Shown here in pieces: positions 14,301 to 27,726 of a stretch of 64,000 nt of DNA. Every line of letters begins with the position of its first letter. The first letter of the stretch is position 1. The notes beneath the pieces were generated by a model. That model ran no database searches and had not been told where the DNA came from. It saw only the letters and a list, made by a program, of their open reading frames with translations. A program made the position numbers and the translations under genes. The DNA comes from Fonticula-like sp. SCN 57-25 (Eukaryota), in contig MEDX01000005.1 of NCBI GenBank assembly GCA_001724245.1, positions 1-64,000 on the forward strand. Direction: 5' to 3'.

Positions 14301-14959
14301 GACTCGCGCATCGCTCTCCACTGCCGCGTCCTCAAGGTGCGTGTGTTTGTAGATTTCCCTGTGTAGATTTCCCTGCGTAGATACTATTATACTTTGTGTG
14401 ACGTTGTTCACATGAACGTTTCTTTTTCTTTTTTGCTCACCCCTGCATCGTAGCCTGTTTCGCAGATTGACCCTCGCTCGCCCACTCCCTCCGACTATGC
14501 GCGCCAAATCAACCGCGACTTTCGCGCCCTCCAGAAAGTGCTCCGCCGCTACCTCTCCCCCGGTGACGCCAAGGCCTTCCTCTCCAAGTGCGCCTCCGTC
14601 TGCCTCCGCCGCCTAGAGGACGAATTTTCCCGCGCAGAGCTCGACCGAGAATCGACGCGCCCGCGCCTCACTGCCGACGTCGCCTTTCTTATTGAGACGA
14701 TCAGCCCGCTGCTCGTCACGCTCGACGACGGCGGCAGCGCCGACAGCAACCCTTTTGCGCGGCTGCAGACGCTCGTGGCCGCCATGCCATTGCAGGGGCA
14801 GGGCGGGCCGCTCGTTGGCAGCGGGAGTGGGAGTAGTGGAAACCTGCCGCAGGTGCCGAGGCGGCCGGGGTCGGCGACTGCGGCGGCGTCGTCCGCGGCA
14901 GAGCTCGTAAAGAACAAGACGATGGGGCTGTTTCGCGGGTCGTCGACGGTGCTGCAGCC

Positions 14960-15004
<45 letters not shown>

Positions 15005-15050
15005 AGCCCAGGAAGCGGCGCCAGAGCTGCCGTCGAGGCCGACGCAGTAA
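11391..15050 (+). CDS. VPS54: GARP complex subunit Vps54 (multi-exon)
   Basis: VPPLFFRPDFTLENPSTF, QEQLTGYLDHVEGEIVEQISHQSDKFFEA, FNQHVANAILGARARESSGLANVTTKHLALA. Confidence 0.92.
14961..15002 (+). repeat. (CAG)14 polyglutamine microsatellite in the Vps54 C-terminal tail
   Basis: Uninterrupted CAG run read directly. Confidence 0.95.
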
Positions 15051-15209
15051 TCATTTTTTTATGATGCATTTTATCCATGAATTGTACATTTTAGATCGAC
15101 TATGCATGCAATATGTCACGAATATGAATGTGTGAAACTATATTGGCATGGCAGAATACGCGTCAAACATGTGTATAATAGTACAAGGGGTAGCCGGCAA
15201 CTCTGTGGC

Positions 15210-15888
15210 CTACTTGGTCTGAGCCTCGAGCTGGTCGCAGGCGAGCTGAACCTCGATGGAGCGGTACGTGAGCTCGGCGAGGCGCTGCTCGAGCAGCTGG
15301 ATCTTTTCGATGGCGCGGACCTGCTCCGTCTTGCGCTCGACGCTGAGCTGCGTGATCTGATCCTTGAGCGATGCGGCGATCGACTCGAGCTGCTTGATAA
15401 ACGCCTCCAATTCAAAGTTTTGTATCCGGCACGCGTTCGCGCCGTACTTTAGAAGCAGCTCGAGGTTCATAAGCCGGAGCGACTGCTGCTGCAGCTGCGC
15501 CGCGGCATTGTTCACGGCCGCCGTCCACGCCTCGACGTCATTCTTGGCCGACCCCGTCGGCGTCTCAAGCATGTAACGGGACGTGTCGAGGGCGGGCAGC
15601 GCGCGGCCGCGGCTCACGCGCTCCCACTCGCTTTGAAGAAGAGGAGACGAAAAGGAGACATTCGGGATAGCAAGATCCTTGAGGTAATCCTTGCTCGGCA
15701 TGTGGCGGCGCTCCGCGGCGATGAGGCGGTTCACCTCGTCGCGCATGCCTTAGAGAAAGCGGCATCAGTAAGTAGAACCCAAAAAAAATAAAGAGCACAC
15801 CTTCGGCATTGTAGTCCGCGTCGACATACGGAAGCGCGTCGATCTCCACGTCCAGCGACTGGGCAATGCTGCTCGCGAGGCTCGCCAT
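15210..15888 (-). CDS. BCAS2: Pre-mRNA splicing factor SPF27/BCAS2
   Basis: IDALPYVD, LDTSRY, RLMNLELLLKYGANA motifs; one intron ~15750-15800. Confidence 0.92.
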
Positions 15889-15983
15889 CCTGCCGGACAC
15901 AAAACGACAGTTGTGGGCAACTGCGGGATAGACTTGTGGGCAATGCTGCCACTCGCCTGTGACTTAATCGCATGCGATTTATT

Positions 15984-15995
15984 TTTGGCGCGAAA
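15984..15995. promoter_or_regulatory. Palindromic E2F-type site (also contains SCB-like CGCGAAA) upstream of RPA2
   Basis: TTTGGCGCGAAA about 90 bp upstream of the RPA2 ATG. Confidence 0.6.
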
Positions 15996-16084
15996 TTTGT
16001 TTTCCGCGCGCGCCACCAATTTTTTCTCTTCATTGCACTTTTCCCTGGCGTGTCGTGTCGGTCAGCGGCACTCAACAAGCAAAC

Positions 16085-17041
16085 ATGAGCTGGGGCGGCA
16101 TGGGCGGAGGCTTTGGCGGTAACAACCGCGGCGGATTTGGCGGCGGCGGCGGCGGATTCGGCGGTCGCGGCGGCTATGGCGGCGGTGCCGGCGGCGGCGG
16201 CTACAACCCTGGCGGCATGTCATCATATGGTGGCGGGAATGCCGGAGGCGCCGGCGGCGATTTTGGCGGAGGATACATGGCTGGCGATGTTGGCGCCAAG
16301 GCTGACGGCGCCGGCAACCAGCCTCGCCGCAATCGCAGCACGAACAGCATCGTGCCTGTCACCATCAAGCAGATTCACGGTGCCGTGGCGCCGAGCAGCA
16401 CTGATGATCCCTTTGTGCTTGACGGCAAGGAGACGACCGGCGTCTCGTTTATTGGCGTCATCCGCGCCGTGTCCGAGAGCTCGACGAACGTTACGTACGA
16501 GGTTGAGGACGGGACGGGCAATGTGGACGCGCGCGAGTGGATCTCGCAGGGCGAGTCGCCGCAGGTGACGCAGCGCCGCCAGTCGCGCCGCGAGGGAATG
16601 TACGTCAAGGTCACCGGCAACCTCCGCTACTTTTCGAACCGCCTGCACGTTGCCATCCTCGACATGCGGCCGATCACCGACTTTAACGAGCTGACGCATC
16701 ACCTGCTCGAGGCGATCCACGCGCACCTCTACCGCACTCGCGGGCCCGCGGAAGGCGGCGCCGACGCCAACCAGATGTACAATGCGCAGGCGCCCGCCGC
16801 CGCCGCCGCGCCCGTGGGAGCCGCCATGGACGGCGACTTTACGCCCCTGCAGCAGCGCATCATGAACATCCTGCTCGAGCCCACCGTCCCGGAGAACGGT
16901 ATCAACAAGAATGCCATCATTGCGCAGCTCAGGACAGTGGCGTCCGCCGCGGCCGTCGACGAGGCGCTCCAGTTCCTGTGGGACGAGGGACATGCGTACA
17001 CCACCACCGACGACGAGTACTTCCGCGCCACCAAGCGATGA
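16085..17041 (+). CDS. RPA2: Replication protein A 32 kDa subunit
   Basis: Gly-rich N-terminus, PVTIKQI, EDGTG OB-fold, PITDFNELTHHLLEAIHAH, C-terminal winged helix EGHAYTTTDDEYF. Confidence 0.95.
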   Translation: MSWGGMGGGFGGNNRGGFGGGGGGFGGRGGYGGGAGGGGYNPGGMSSYGGGNAGGAGGDFGGGYMAGDVGAKADGAGNQPRRNRSTNSIVPVTIKQIHGAVAPSSTDDPFVLDGKETTGVSFIGVIRAVSESSTNVTYEVEDGTGNVDAREWISQGESPQVTQRRQSRREGMYVKVTGNLRYFSNRLHVAILDMRPITDFNELTHHLLEAIHAHLYRTRGPAEGGADANQMYNAQAPAAAAAPVGAAMDGDFTPLQQRIMNILLEPTVPENGINKNAIIAQLRTVASAAAVDEALQFLWDEGHAYTTTDDEYFRATKR

Positions 17042-17228
17042 GCTGGCTGCCGGACGGCTCGTGTGTCTGTAAGAGCCTTTCTTTTGCGTGCCATGTGTTG
17101 ATGATGTTGTTGTAGTTTGTATCCTTGTTTGAACATATAAAACTAGCCGATAATCAAGTATTCACATAAAGGGAAATATGTACACAGTAGACACAATTGC
17201 AAAATTTGGCGCATTATTCCAGCGACTT

Positions 17229-18145
17229 TTATGAGAGCTCGAGCCTCTCACCCTCGCCCGGCCGCTCCGTGTCTATCAAGATGCCGCTCGCCTTCTCCGC
17301 CTTGTATGAGTTGCCGACGGCGTAGACGGTCGTCCGCGCACCGAGCGACCCCTTGAACACGCCGCCGCTCATGAGCACCGCCTCGTGAATGTGCCCGTGC
17401 ACCGTCGCCATTGGCCCGTGCCGCTCGATGGCCTCGGCGATCGCCACAGACCCGACGTGCGCGCCTCCAGCAATGGCGTCAGCGTGCGTGCCGCGCGGCG
17501 GCGCGTGTGTCGCCCATATCACCTTTGCTGCGTCGGCGTCCGGCCGCGCCGCCAGCGCGCGCTCAATGTCGGCCTCGATGGTCTCGTCGGGCGACTGCGG
17601 CACGGTGCACGGCACGAGCCCGTCGGCGGACGACCGCACGCCATTGATGTCGGCATCGGCGCCGGGGCCGGCTTGTGCCGTGTCGACGCGCTCCCAGTCC
17701 TTGAGGCGGTGGTTGGAGAGCGGCACATACGAGTAGCCAAAGAGGAGCGTGCCGTCGGCGAGGCGCGCCCAGGGGGCGGCGGGCGTCAGCCACTGGATTT
17801 TTGTAAGGCTGACGACGTCGGGGAGATTGTGCGACATGTCGCTGTTGCCAAAGAGCGCAAAGATCGGGACCTGTGAATTAGATAGCAGAGGGTGTAGGTG
17901 GTCGCGCATCCACTGAAGCTGAAGGCCCACGGCAGCGCTGCGATCCTCGCGCTCGTACATGCTCAGAAGCGTCGCCACGCGAGGATGCAGGTCTGCGCGC
18001 CGCATGAGCACGAAATAAAAAATGGTGGTTTAAGCGTACCACCACAGAGAACGAGTGCGCCTGCGCCCTGGGCCGCCGCCCCGTCAATGAGCTCCTTGAA
18101 CTGGGAGAGATTGCCGTGCAGATCGCTCCCGAACAGCACCTTCAT
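17229..18145 (-). CDS. Icc-related metallophosphoesterase
   Basis: SDLHGN, CG|DL across a short intron (~17992-18038), GNSD, THAPP, HVGSVAI, HGHIHEA motifs. Confidence 0.85.
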
Positions 18146-18241
18146 GTCCGCCGCTGAGTAATGTCACCGTTTCTGATTCCCTTCTGATTTGCCTTATTTT
18201 TCTGATTGTTGTTGTTCGGGGTTGTGGCCATCGCTCGAAAG

Positions 18242-18943
18242 ATGGGCTTTGAGGTGACCGCCGCGTACGCCTGCCCCCCCATTTGCTTCCTTGTTGTCTA
18301 ATTATGTATGTAGTCTTTCCAAGGGCATTGCTCTTGTCAATCGGATTGACCCGGTGAATCTTCAGGCGATCCTTTTGCGGATCTCGTCCAAGCTTCACGA
18401 CAAGGTGCGCAGTGCTTGCCCTTGCCTCGCACTCGTGCTCACTCTTGTGTTTCGCAGGATGAGGTTGTTTTTAGCGACGCGCAGCGTGAGCAGCTTCAGC
18501 AGACCTTTAACTTTTCTGCCGTTCAGCTCGACGATGCCCTCCTCACGTGCACGTATCTCCTTCAGCATGCCGCGTACGAGACGCTCAAGCCGAACCGGTT
18601 CGGCAACCAGCTTCAGGCCGCCGAGGTCGCTGCCGAGCAGGCGATCGCGTTTGTGCGCGTGTGGGAGCAGCGCGGTGCCGGCGCGATCGAGGCGCTGAAG
18701 GATCTGACGCTGGCGCCCAAGGTGCTGACGGACTCGCACTGGCGGCTGCATCTCGTGATTGGGCAGGACACGCTGGCCAAGCGCAGGGAGCTCACCTCAA
18801 TCATCCAGTTTGACCTGCAGGACAACACGAGCGGCAAGCCAAAGGAGGAGAAGCTTGTCGTCGAGTTTTCAGAGGAGGAGCTCGGGCGGTTCTACGCACA
18901 GCTCGAGACCGTGCAGGAGCAGCTCGACGCTGTGCAGCGCTGA
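18242..18943 (+). CDS. COMMD10: COMM domain protein 10
   Basis: IALVNRID...LLRISSKLH, FSDAQREQL, COMM domain LTDSHWRLHL...FYAQLETVQEQLD; two introns. Confidence 0.85.
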
Positions 18944-19260
18944 GCCTTTGTTCAACCCCGTTTTTGTTTGCTTTCAATAGATCTATTTGAACATAGTAGC
19001 CAGTAGAGGCAGAACAGACCATGTTTGGTGTGTCTGATGGATGATATGAAAGTCGCTTGAGGTCACAAAAAGGACCAGCAATCTTCATGGCGAAAAGCCT
19101 TACATTCGTCGCATAGTTGAAGAAATGTCATTTATTGGAAACAAAAGGCGGAAACATCAATAAGTACTGTTGCGTTCAAAAGTAGTGATCACTTGAGAAT
19201 ACTTTTGTAGATTAAACGGCCATAGCCAATCACACGCACTACCGCGCTCCCTCAAACCAA

Positions 19261-22200
19261 TCACAGCGCGCGCAGCTTTGCGAGCACCTCGTCGCGCGCG
19301 GCGGGCTCGAGCGTGGCCATGATGGCGACGAGCGCGTCGGCAGCGGCGGCCTTGTCCTTTTCGGCCTCGCGCACGATGGCGGCCGCGACGGCGTCCTTGG
19401 AGAGCGAGGCGAGGCGGCCGCGGAGGACCGCTTCGGAGCGGCCGAACCAGTCCGACACGGCGCGGTCGTCTTCCCAGCGGCCCGTCGGAAGGTCGGCCGA
19501 GAACCACGCGCGGATCTGCGCCTTGGCGGACGCGCGCGACATGCTGGGCGAAACCATCTGGCGAAGAATCTAAAAAGGGGTTAGTAAGGGCGGGGACCGA
19601 AAAGGAAATTGAACCAAAATCAACCAAAATCAACCAAAAATGACTCATAAAGAGAATAATCAACATAGAAAACACATTTTGCCCATCATTTTTCCCTTTT
19701 GCCTCCATAAAATATGCCCAAATTCGCACCGACTGAGTCTCGAGTCTGCGCTTGAGCCTCCAGTAAAAGAACTCTCTCGCGTTCTTCCACTCGACGACAT
19801 CCCTGATACACTTCTTCTCCTTCATTCTCCCTGCCGTATCGTGCAAATCGGCAAACTTGAGCGCGACCTGGTGGTACACTGGCAGGAGCATCTTTTCCCT
19901 GGCCTCGATCTTTGCCTTGATCTCTGCCCTCTCCTGCTGCGAGCGCTCGGGGTCGGCGAGCGACTCCTTGAGCCCCCTGTACACTTCATCAAGCCTCTGC
20001 ATTGTATCGAGCAGCGCGGGCTTCCTGTACTTGATCTCGACGGTGCCCTCTGGCTCGAGGACGCCGCCGCGCGCCTCCGGGTCGGCGTACATCTCCATAA
20101 ACTCGGGGTTGATGGTCGAGTCGAGCACGACCCACGCGCCGCCGCGCAGCTCGGCGTGCGGCGGAAGGTACACAAACAGGGGCTGCTTGTACTCGCGAAG
20201 CGCGTCGACAATGTACGAGCCAAACTTGAGGATCTCGTCAAACATGTCGCGCTGGCCGCCGGAAAAGCCGCGCCAGTTGGCAAGGATGAGGAGGGGGAGC
20301 TGCTCGCCCTGGTTAAAGTCGCGGATCGCCTGTGCAGTCTTGAAGGCAGAGTCGGGGTACCAAACCTGGCCGGCCATCTGCGTCACCTGCTCCTGGGAGT
20401 TGTCGTTGGCGGGGTCGGCGGGGGTGATCTGCTCGACAGTGCGCGTCTCGACGGCAATGACGCCGAGGGGGATGCCGCCGAGGCGGGCGCGGCCGGTAAC
20501 AACCGTCTTGGCCCAGCTGCAAAAGGGATGGGTGTGAGTAAAAAAGAGGGAAAAAGTAGAGTGGTCAAAATGATACTAAAAGTAACAAATTGACACCAAA
20601 AAGGGACAAATGTGACCACAAAACATGCAAAATGACATCAAACCCTGCTCTTCTTCCACAATTTTGCCCATTTATCTTCCAAAAACGCACCCTCCGAGCG
20701 TCTCGATGAATGAGCCGCGATCGCACAACCCTCCAATCCACTTTTCGTCGACGACAGCACCCGCAATGAGGCACCTCGGGTCGTACGGCGTCGTCGGCGG
20801 CACCCACTCGACCATCCTGCTGACAGGGTCGTTGGGCACCGGGAGCAGCGGCAGCGGCGCGTTCTTCCTGGCCGGCACGAACGCGAGCCACTCTAGGATT
20901 GACGTGACACCCGAAAAGTCGTCCTTTGAAGTGAGGTGGCTGACGCCGTTCGTGTACATGATCTGCGTGCCACCGAGCTGAAGGTTGGACGAGTACACCT
21001 CGCGGCCGAGCACCTTGTTGAGCGCGCCGGCGCCCGTCAAGATGATCGGGTGGCCCTCGTTCTGGATGTTGCGCTGGCCGAGGCGAGCAAGGTACGCGCC
21101 AATGCCGACGGAGCGGCACGTCACGAGCGTGATCGTGAAAATGTCAGAGTAGGCGAGCGACGTCTCGCCGGCAATCAGGCCAGAGCCTTGAAGGTTTTCA
21201 ACGCCGAGGCCGTCGGCGGCGCCGATAATGTCGGTGATCTCGTAGCGCTCCTCGCCATTGTCAAAGATCTGCTTCGCCTTGATGGACGCCTTGCCGCCCT
21301 GGTTGAGGAGCTTGTAGTCGTGGGGAGTGACATACAGGTAACGGAAGCCTGAGGGACAAGTGGGTAAGCACGCGGGAAAAAAAGCATATTGACAAAACAA
21401 AACACATTCTCGCCCAATTTCAGCCACTTTTGTAACCCATTTCCAACCCAATTTCCGTTCGTACCCTTTGACGGGTTCTCGCTGTTGACCCAAGCAACGC
21501 GGAACGCGCTGAGCATCTCGTCGGCGATACCGATCCTCGCGCCCGAGTTGGCCGAGATGTAGATCCTCGGAATACCCAGCTTGCGCGCCAGCTCGGACGC
21601 CTTGTAAAAGAGCCTATCCTCAGCCGGCCCAAACGACCCAATAACGTGCGTGATATCGTTTCCGATAACGATGACGCGCCTTCCGCTGGGGCACTCTGGC
21701 GTAAACAGCTCAATGATCCACGCGACCATGCTGATCGTGTTTGCGCCTGCCGGCCGCCACACCTCGTGCAGCCTATCCTTTTCGTCGAGGACGAGCTCCT
21801 TGAGCTTGAGGAGCGTGCTGGGCATCGTGGCGCTCGGGTGAGCAGCAATGTGCTTGACCCAGAGCTGATGGAGCGCCTGGCGGAAGAGCTCGGGGAAATC
21901 GTAGATGTAGGTGGTGCCGGCGAGGTGCGCCGAGTAGCGCTTGGGCTGGAGCCACTCCTTGGTCGAGTACGGGCTGTCGATGCGGAGGCCGTGCAGCGGG
22001 CCGCGCTCGTCGAGCGACACGTAGATATCCTGCCACTTTTCGTTCTTGACCTCCTTGTAGGCGTGCACGTTGAGGACAAAGCCGGTGACGTTGCCGATGA
22101 CAAACCGGACGGGCATGGGCGGCGCGGACGGCGACTGGCGGATGAGCAGCTTGAGCTCGCCGAGCGTGACGCGCAGGCGGCTCATGCGCTTGCCGTGGCG

Positions 22201-25200
22201 CTCGATGAAGCCGGCGATCGCCTCGCGGATCTCGTCGAGCGTGACGAGCACGGTCGGGATAAAGTTCATAAAGAGCTGGTTGCAGTCGCACAGCGGGTGC
22301 TGCGGCAGCTTGAGCTCGAGCGCGTCGAGCGATTCGCTGATGACGCGGTCGGCCTCCGAGATCAGATAGTCCTTGGGCGCCTCGGTCGACTGCATGAGAC
22401 CCGGGCGGATGAGCGCGCGCACGAAGAAGCGCTCGTCGCTCTTGTTCTGCTTGCCCGTGCCATAGTACATGTGGATCGAGCGCGACTCGAGCATGATGGC
22501 GCGCACGTCAAAGTGGACCATGCGGAAGAGCTCGAGCTGGAAGGCGAGCGCGGGCTCGAGGTGGCGGATGCCAGTGTCCTCGCCATAGTCGTCGCGCTCG
22601 CGGAAGGTAAAGTAGGCCGGCTGCTGCTCAAAGCGCTGCACGACAAACGTAACGCGGCGAATCCACTTGCCGCGAAGCGCCACCTTGAACTGGTTGAACG
22701 TCGGCAGGATGAGCGCGCGGATGCGGTCGTCGTCGCCTTCCATCTCGGACGGTACCGTGAGCGCCACGTTGAGCACATTCATCGCCTCGACGTGGTCGTC
22801 CATCGGGTACGGCATCTCGTCAATCAGCGCGCCAAAGCTACGGCGGAACTCGTCAATCGACGCAAACGCCGTCATCATGCCCGTGCGCAGTGGCTCGCGC
22901 GTGACAGAGTCGGCGTTGAACGACGACGTCGACTCGTTGCGGGGCAGCGCAAAGAGGGCCTCGGACACGGACATGTTGCGCGAGGAAAAGGAGCCAGCGC
23001 CGCCTAGGCGCGGGCGCGACTCGCCCGAAAAGGCCGAGGGAATATCGGCCGTGCTGCTGAGCGTCTCAGACGTGGTGTACATCGGGTAGCGGAAGTTCCA
23101 CTCGAGCAGCGGGCGCACCGGCATGGGCGAACCCGCCGCGTCGCCGCCCTCCTGCTTGATGGTGCGGTACACGAGGCTCTCGACGACGTAGGCGCGGTAG
23201 GCGCGGCGAATGTACACCTCGACGGCGGCCATGGCGATGGACAGGTTGGCGTCAAAAAAGAAGGGGTGCAGCACGTCGTAGATGGTCACGTTGCGCTCGA
23301 CGATTCCCTTGATCTTGCTGAGCTCTGGCGGGCGGCAGCCGACGGGCATGGCCGACGTGGACGCGGTAGCGGCGTTGCCCTGCTTCTGCGAGGCAGGCGC
23401 CGAAGAACGCGAGCCCATAAAGAGAGAGTCAGAGTCGGACGACTCGCCCTCGTCATAGGTCGACGCGGCGGGGGCCAAGTAGTCGCCGCCGACATCGATG
23501 CCGACGCTGCTCGTAAGCACCGTCTCCATCTCGCGCTGGCGCTCCTTGTACGATGGGAGGAGCGACTCGACGAGCAGCGCGCGCGCCTTGAGCGCGACCT
23601 TTGCGACGTTGCGGCCCTGGAGGTCGGCGAGCTGGTTGAGCGCGCTGGCGTAGTGCGCGTCGAGGCCCGCAGAGGTCTCCTTGATGTGGTCGAGCAGGAT
23701 GAGCACGAGTGCGTTCTTGCTGTTGAGCTTGGCGTGCGAGCGCATAATGGCAACGACGCTGTCGAGGTCCTCGCGGCTCTGGTCGCGCAGCTGCGAGAGC
23801 ACGTCCTCTGGCCGGCGGCCCTCAACGCTGAACAGCAGCTCAACGCTGAGGTAGCGCGTCAGCAGGCCGCGCACGACCGCCTTCTCGTAGGCGAGCGAGC
23901 CGTCACGGAAGTTGGTCAGCAGCTCGGCGATGGGCGCGAACGTGGCCTTGAGCACGTCGCGATCTGACGCCTTGGGGATCTGCGCGGCATGCTCGTGGTA
24001 AAAGGCGAGTAGCGCCTGCGCGGGAAAGTCGCGGCTGGGGTCGGCAAGCACCTGCTGCAAACGCGCAACAATCTTTGGTGGGAGGCGCGACTCGAGCGCC
24101 GCCAGCTGCTCCTGCAGCTCGAGGTACGGCAGCTCGGGGTTCCTGAGTACCGAAAAGAGCTCCCGCGCCACGTCGGCAACCTTGCCCGAAAGGTCAAAGC
24201 CCGCCATGACGTGCTCGAGAAGGCTCAGGTGGCGCCGCAGGACGTGGTTGGCGCGCGGGTTAGGCACCGCCGGCGAGCCCCACTTGGGCAGCAGGCCCTC
24301 GAACGGCTGCGCGTGCTTGACGCGCGACGGGTCGTCGAGCGTGAGGATGCCAATCACGTCGCCGTTCTGCATCGCCGACCCGGCCTGCACCAAGAAGCGC
24401 ACTGTGCCGGCCTCGCTCACCACGAGCGGCATGTACATCTTCATGACCTCAATCTCGGCGTACGGCTGGTTCGCGTCGACGTGGTCGCCGTCCTCGACGA
24501 CGTAGCGCACGAGCTTGCCCGGCGATGGCGCGCGGAGCTTTGTCGGGTCGCTGTCCTTTTCGAGGACGCACGTCTTACCGTCAACGACGAGGCGCGTGCT
24601 GGCCACGTCTTCCTTGGCGTACGTGACGTGGCTGCGCCCGTTCAGCTGGATCAGCAAGCCGCCGTCGCTCAGACTGCGCGCGTTCACGTCCACAAACGAG
24701 CCGTTGATGAAGAGCGTGTAGCTCTGCGCCGCCGACTGCGTCACCAAAAAGCTGTACTTTACATTGTCGTGCAGAATGTCGACCGCATAGTCGGTGCGAA
24801 GAAGGTCCGCGCTCGGGTTCTGCCCCTTTTGGAGCAGCCGCTTGTACTCGTCGACGCGCTGGCGGTACATGACCTCGGTGCGGTACACGGCGCCGCACAC
24901 GACGGCGATGAATCTGTCGGGCCGCTCGGCCGTGAGCTTGTCGCGGATAAGCGCGTCGAGCCACGCGGTCGTGAACTGGTTCTTTTCAAACGCCTCCGTC
25001 TGCAGCAGCGTGATGAGGTACTCTACGGTCGTGCGGAAGTCGGAGCGAATCGACACCTCCTTGAGCGCGACAACCATGTTGCGGCGCGCCTGCTGGCGGT
25101 TCTCGCCGTACGCAAAGACGTGGCCAAACTGCGAGTCGGCGTACTCATGGACGCCGCCGGACGACCCGACGGAAAAGTAGCCCCAGACGTTTGTGCTCGA

Positions 25201-26600
25201 GCGGAAGTTGAGCTCGTGGACAACGCCTGACGACGGCTTGAAGCCCTGGTCGGGGTTCTCGGCCGTGAGGCGGACGGCGATGACGTGGCCGCGCGGGGCG
25301 GGCTTGCTCTGCGTCTTGTAGCTCTCCTTGTTGTCAAAGTGGAGGTCGATGTCCGTCGTGCTCGACGGCGAGAGACCGTACAGCACGCGGATGTCGCGGA
25401 TGCGGTGCAACGGGATGCCCATCGAGACCTGCAACTGCGCGGCGGGCAGGTTCACCGACGACACCATCTCGGTCGTTGGATGCTCCACCTGCAGGCGCGG
25501 GTTCAGCTCGAGGAAGCAAAACTCGTTCGTCTCGGGCATGTAGAGGTACTCGACCGTGCCGACCGACGCGTAACCGACGAGGCCAGCGAGCCGCACGGCG
25601 CCCTTTTCGAGCTGCTCGAGCGTCTCGGGAGGCGCAATCGTCACGGGTGCCTCCTCAATGATCTTTTGGTGACGACGCTGTACAGAGCAGTCGCGCCCAA
25701 AGATCGAGATCGCGTTACCGTACTGGTCCGCAAGCACCTGCACCTCAAGGTGGCGCGCGTTCGACGCCACCCGCATGATAAAGATGGGCGAGCCGGGCAC
25801 CTCGCCCTGCACCTGCGCAAACAACTGCGCAAAGTTGTCCGGCCCAGAGATCAGACGAATACCCTTGCCGCCGCCGCCCTCGGACGCCTTGACCATCACA
25901 GGGAACCCGATCCGCGTCGCGATCTCGAGGCCCGTCTCGGCGTCGCTCACGCACGCGCGCTCATACACGTCCGCGGGGACAGAAACAGCCTCGCCGCGGC
26001 GCACATTCGAGCAGTCGATCGTCAGGCCATCGCCCGACCAGGGAATGCACGGCACATTCGCAGACTGCGCCACAATCGTCGACGAGATCTTGTCGCCGAG
26101 CGCGCGCATCGCGCTGCCGGGCGGGCCCAGGAAGGCGATCTTGGACGCTGTCCGCGACAGCATGTCGGGCAGCTTGGGATTCTCAGACGCATGGCCCCAG
26201 CCGGCCCACACGCCGTGCACACCAAGGCGCTCCGCAAGATCCACAATCAGCTCAACATTCGCATAGTTGTTGTTGTTTGTCCCTCCGGGAACCTCGACAA
26301 AGTTGTCCGCCATCCTAATATAGTCGGCATTCGCCTTCATGTCCTCAGGCGTCGCCATCACAGTAAACTCGATGGCGCGCTCATCGCCAAACGTCTCGTA
26401 CGCCCACTTGCGAATAGAGCGGATACCCTTGACTGCGGCAATACCATTGTTCGCGATGAGGATCTTTTCAATCACCTTGGTGCCACCAGACTGGCGCACA
26501 AAATCGGCCACGGGGCCTAGAACAACAAGGCATGCCGCCCGTGAGATCGCGCGCAAGGGGAGGAGAGGCGAGGCATACCAACAGCCGAAGCAAGCGACAT
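19261..26600 (-). CDS. ACC1: Multidomain acetyl-CoA carboxylase
   Basis: [13 protein letters not shown] biotin carboxylase, EVMKM biotinylation site, carboxyltransferase motifs [16 protein letters not shown] and [13 protein letters not shown]; short first exon MSLASAV. Confidence 0.98.
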
Positions 26601-27147
26601 GATGCCGACCTGCAAGAAAAAACGCGCCGCTCAAGCAAAAATTAGATCGATCTCGCTATCGACGCCAATGTCGACGTCGAGGGATGACGTGACGCGATGT
26701 GGCGGACAAGCAGCACCCGCCGCACCTCTGCGTCGCCTCGAGAGACGCACCCAAGAGACGATCCCTGCGTGCGTGCAAGAGCCGGTCGCGAGCCTGCTAT
26801 CAAGGCTCTCTCCCTTTTTTTTTTTTCCCTCGCGGCACACGCGCACAAGGGCAGCTTTGCGTCCCCGGTCACCAGGTACACTTGACCAAGTACTGCCGTT
26901 TTTGGGGATACGGGTGACGTCACGTGTGGTGCGGTGATAAGCGGCCTGTGCACAGCCCGCCTCGCTCAATCCACAGTGCTGTGGGCAGGGCTGCGGCCGG
27001 CCCGACAGATAAGCAGAATACCTGTGGCAGGCCTGTGCAATGGCGTGGGTGAGATGCTTTTGGCAGCGTCGTGGGAGTATTGTGGGCAGGGCTGTGGGCA
27101 AGACTGCGGACAGTTTGCGGGAACGTGTCGTGGCCCGCGCCGTCATC

Positions 27148-27726
27148 ATGCTGCGCACGTTGGCTGGCAGGATTACAGGAGGGCTTGCAAGCGGGCTTGC
27201 AAGGAGGACGCTCGCGTCGCAGGGGTGCGTAGAGGCGTGCGCCTATTTTGTTTTGCTGATGGCGCCGCGGTAGAATTAAGGTGACGTTTATTACACAGGA
27301 AGGGCAGGAGGTCGAGACTGTGGGCCAGGAGGGCGACTCTCTCCTCCGGCTCGCCCACAAGTACGACATTGATCTCGAAGGTGCGCTCTGATCCCTCTGC
27401 GCTTGCGTTTGCTGAAGTGCTTGGATCAGGTGCTTGTGAAGAGTCGTGCGCGTGCTCCACGTGCCATGTCATCGTCACGGACCCCGCCTTGTTCGACGCC
27501 ATGCCCGAGGCGCTCGATGAGGAGAACGACATGCTGGATCTCGCCTTTGGCCTCACTGACACGTACGTGCTTTGAACGTTTTGTTTGTGCGCACACTGAC
27601 CGCGCGCGCAGATCACGGCTGGGGTGCCAGGTGAAGCTGGCGCCGTACCTCGACGGCCTCGTGGTCAAGGTGCCGAGCGCCACGCGCAACATGGCCGTGG
27701 ACGGGCACAAGCCAAAGCACCACTGA
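27148..27726 (+). CDS. Mitochondrial adrenodoxin-type [2Fe-2S] ferredoxin (Yah1/FDX2-like)
   Basis: EGACEESCACSTCHV, EENDMLDLAFGLT, SRLGCQ, ATRNMAVDGHKPKHH; 3 introns. Confidence 0.93.

Noticed and set aside
21646..26520. Long plus-strand ORFs (453, 339 and 411 aa) opposite ACC, and similar antisense ORFs elsewhere
   Set aside because: Shadow ORFs produced by GC-rich codon bias of real genes on the other strand; no recognisable motifs
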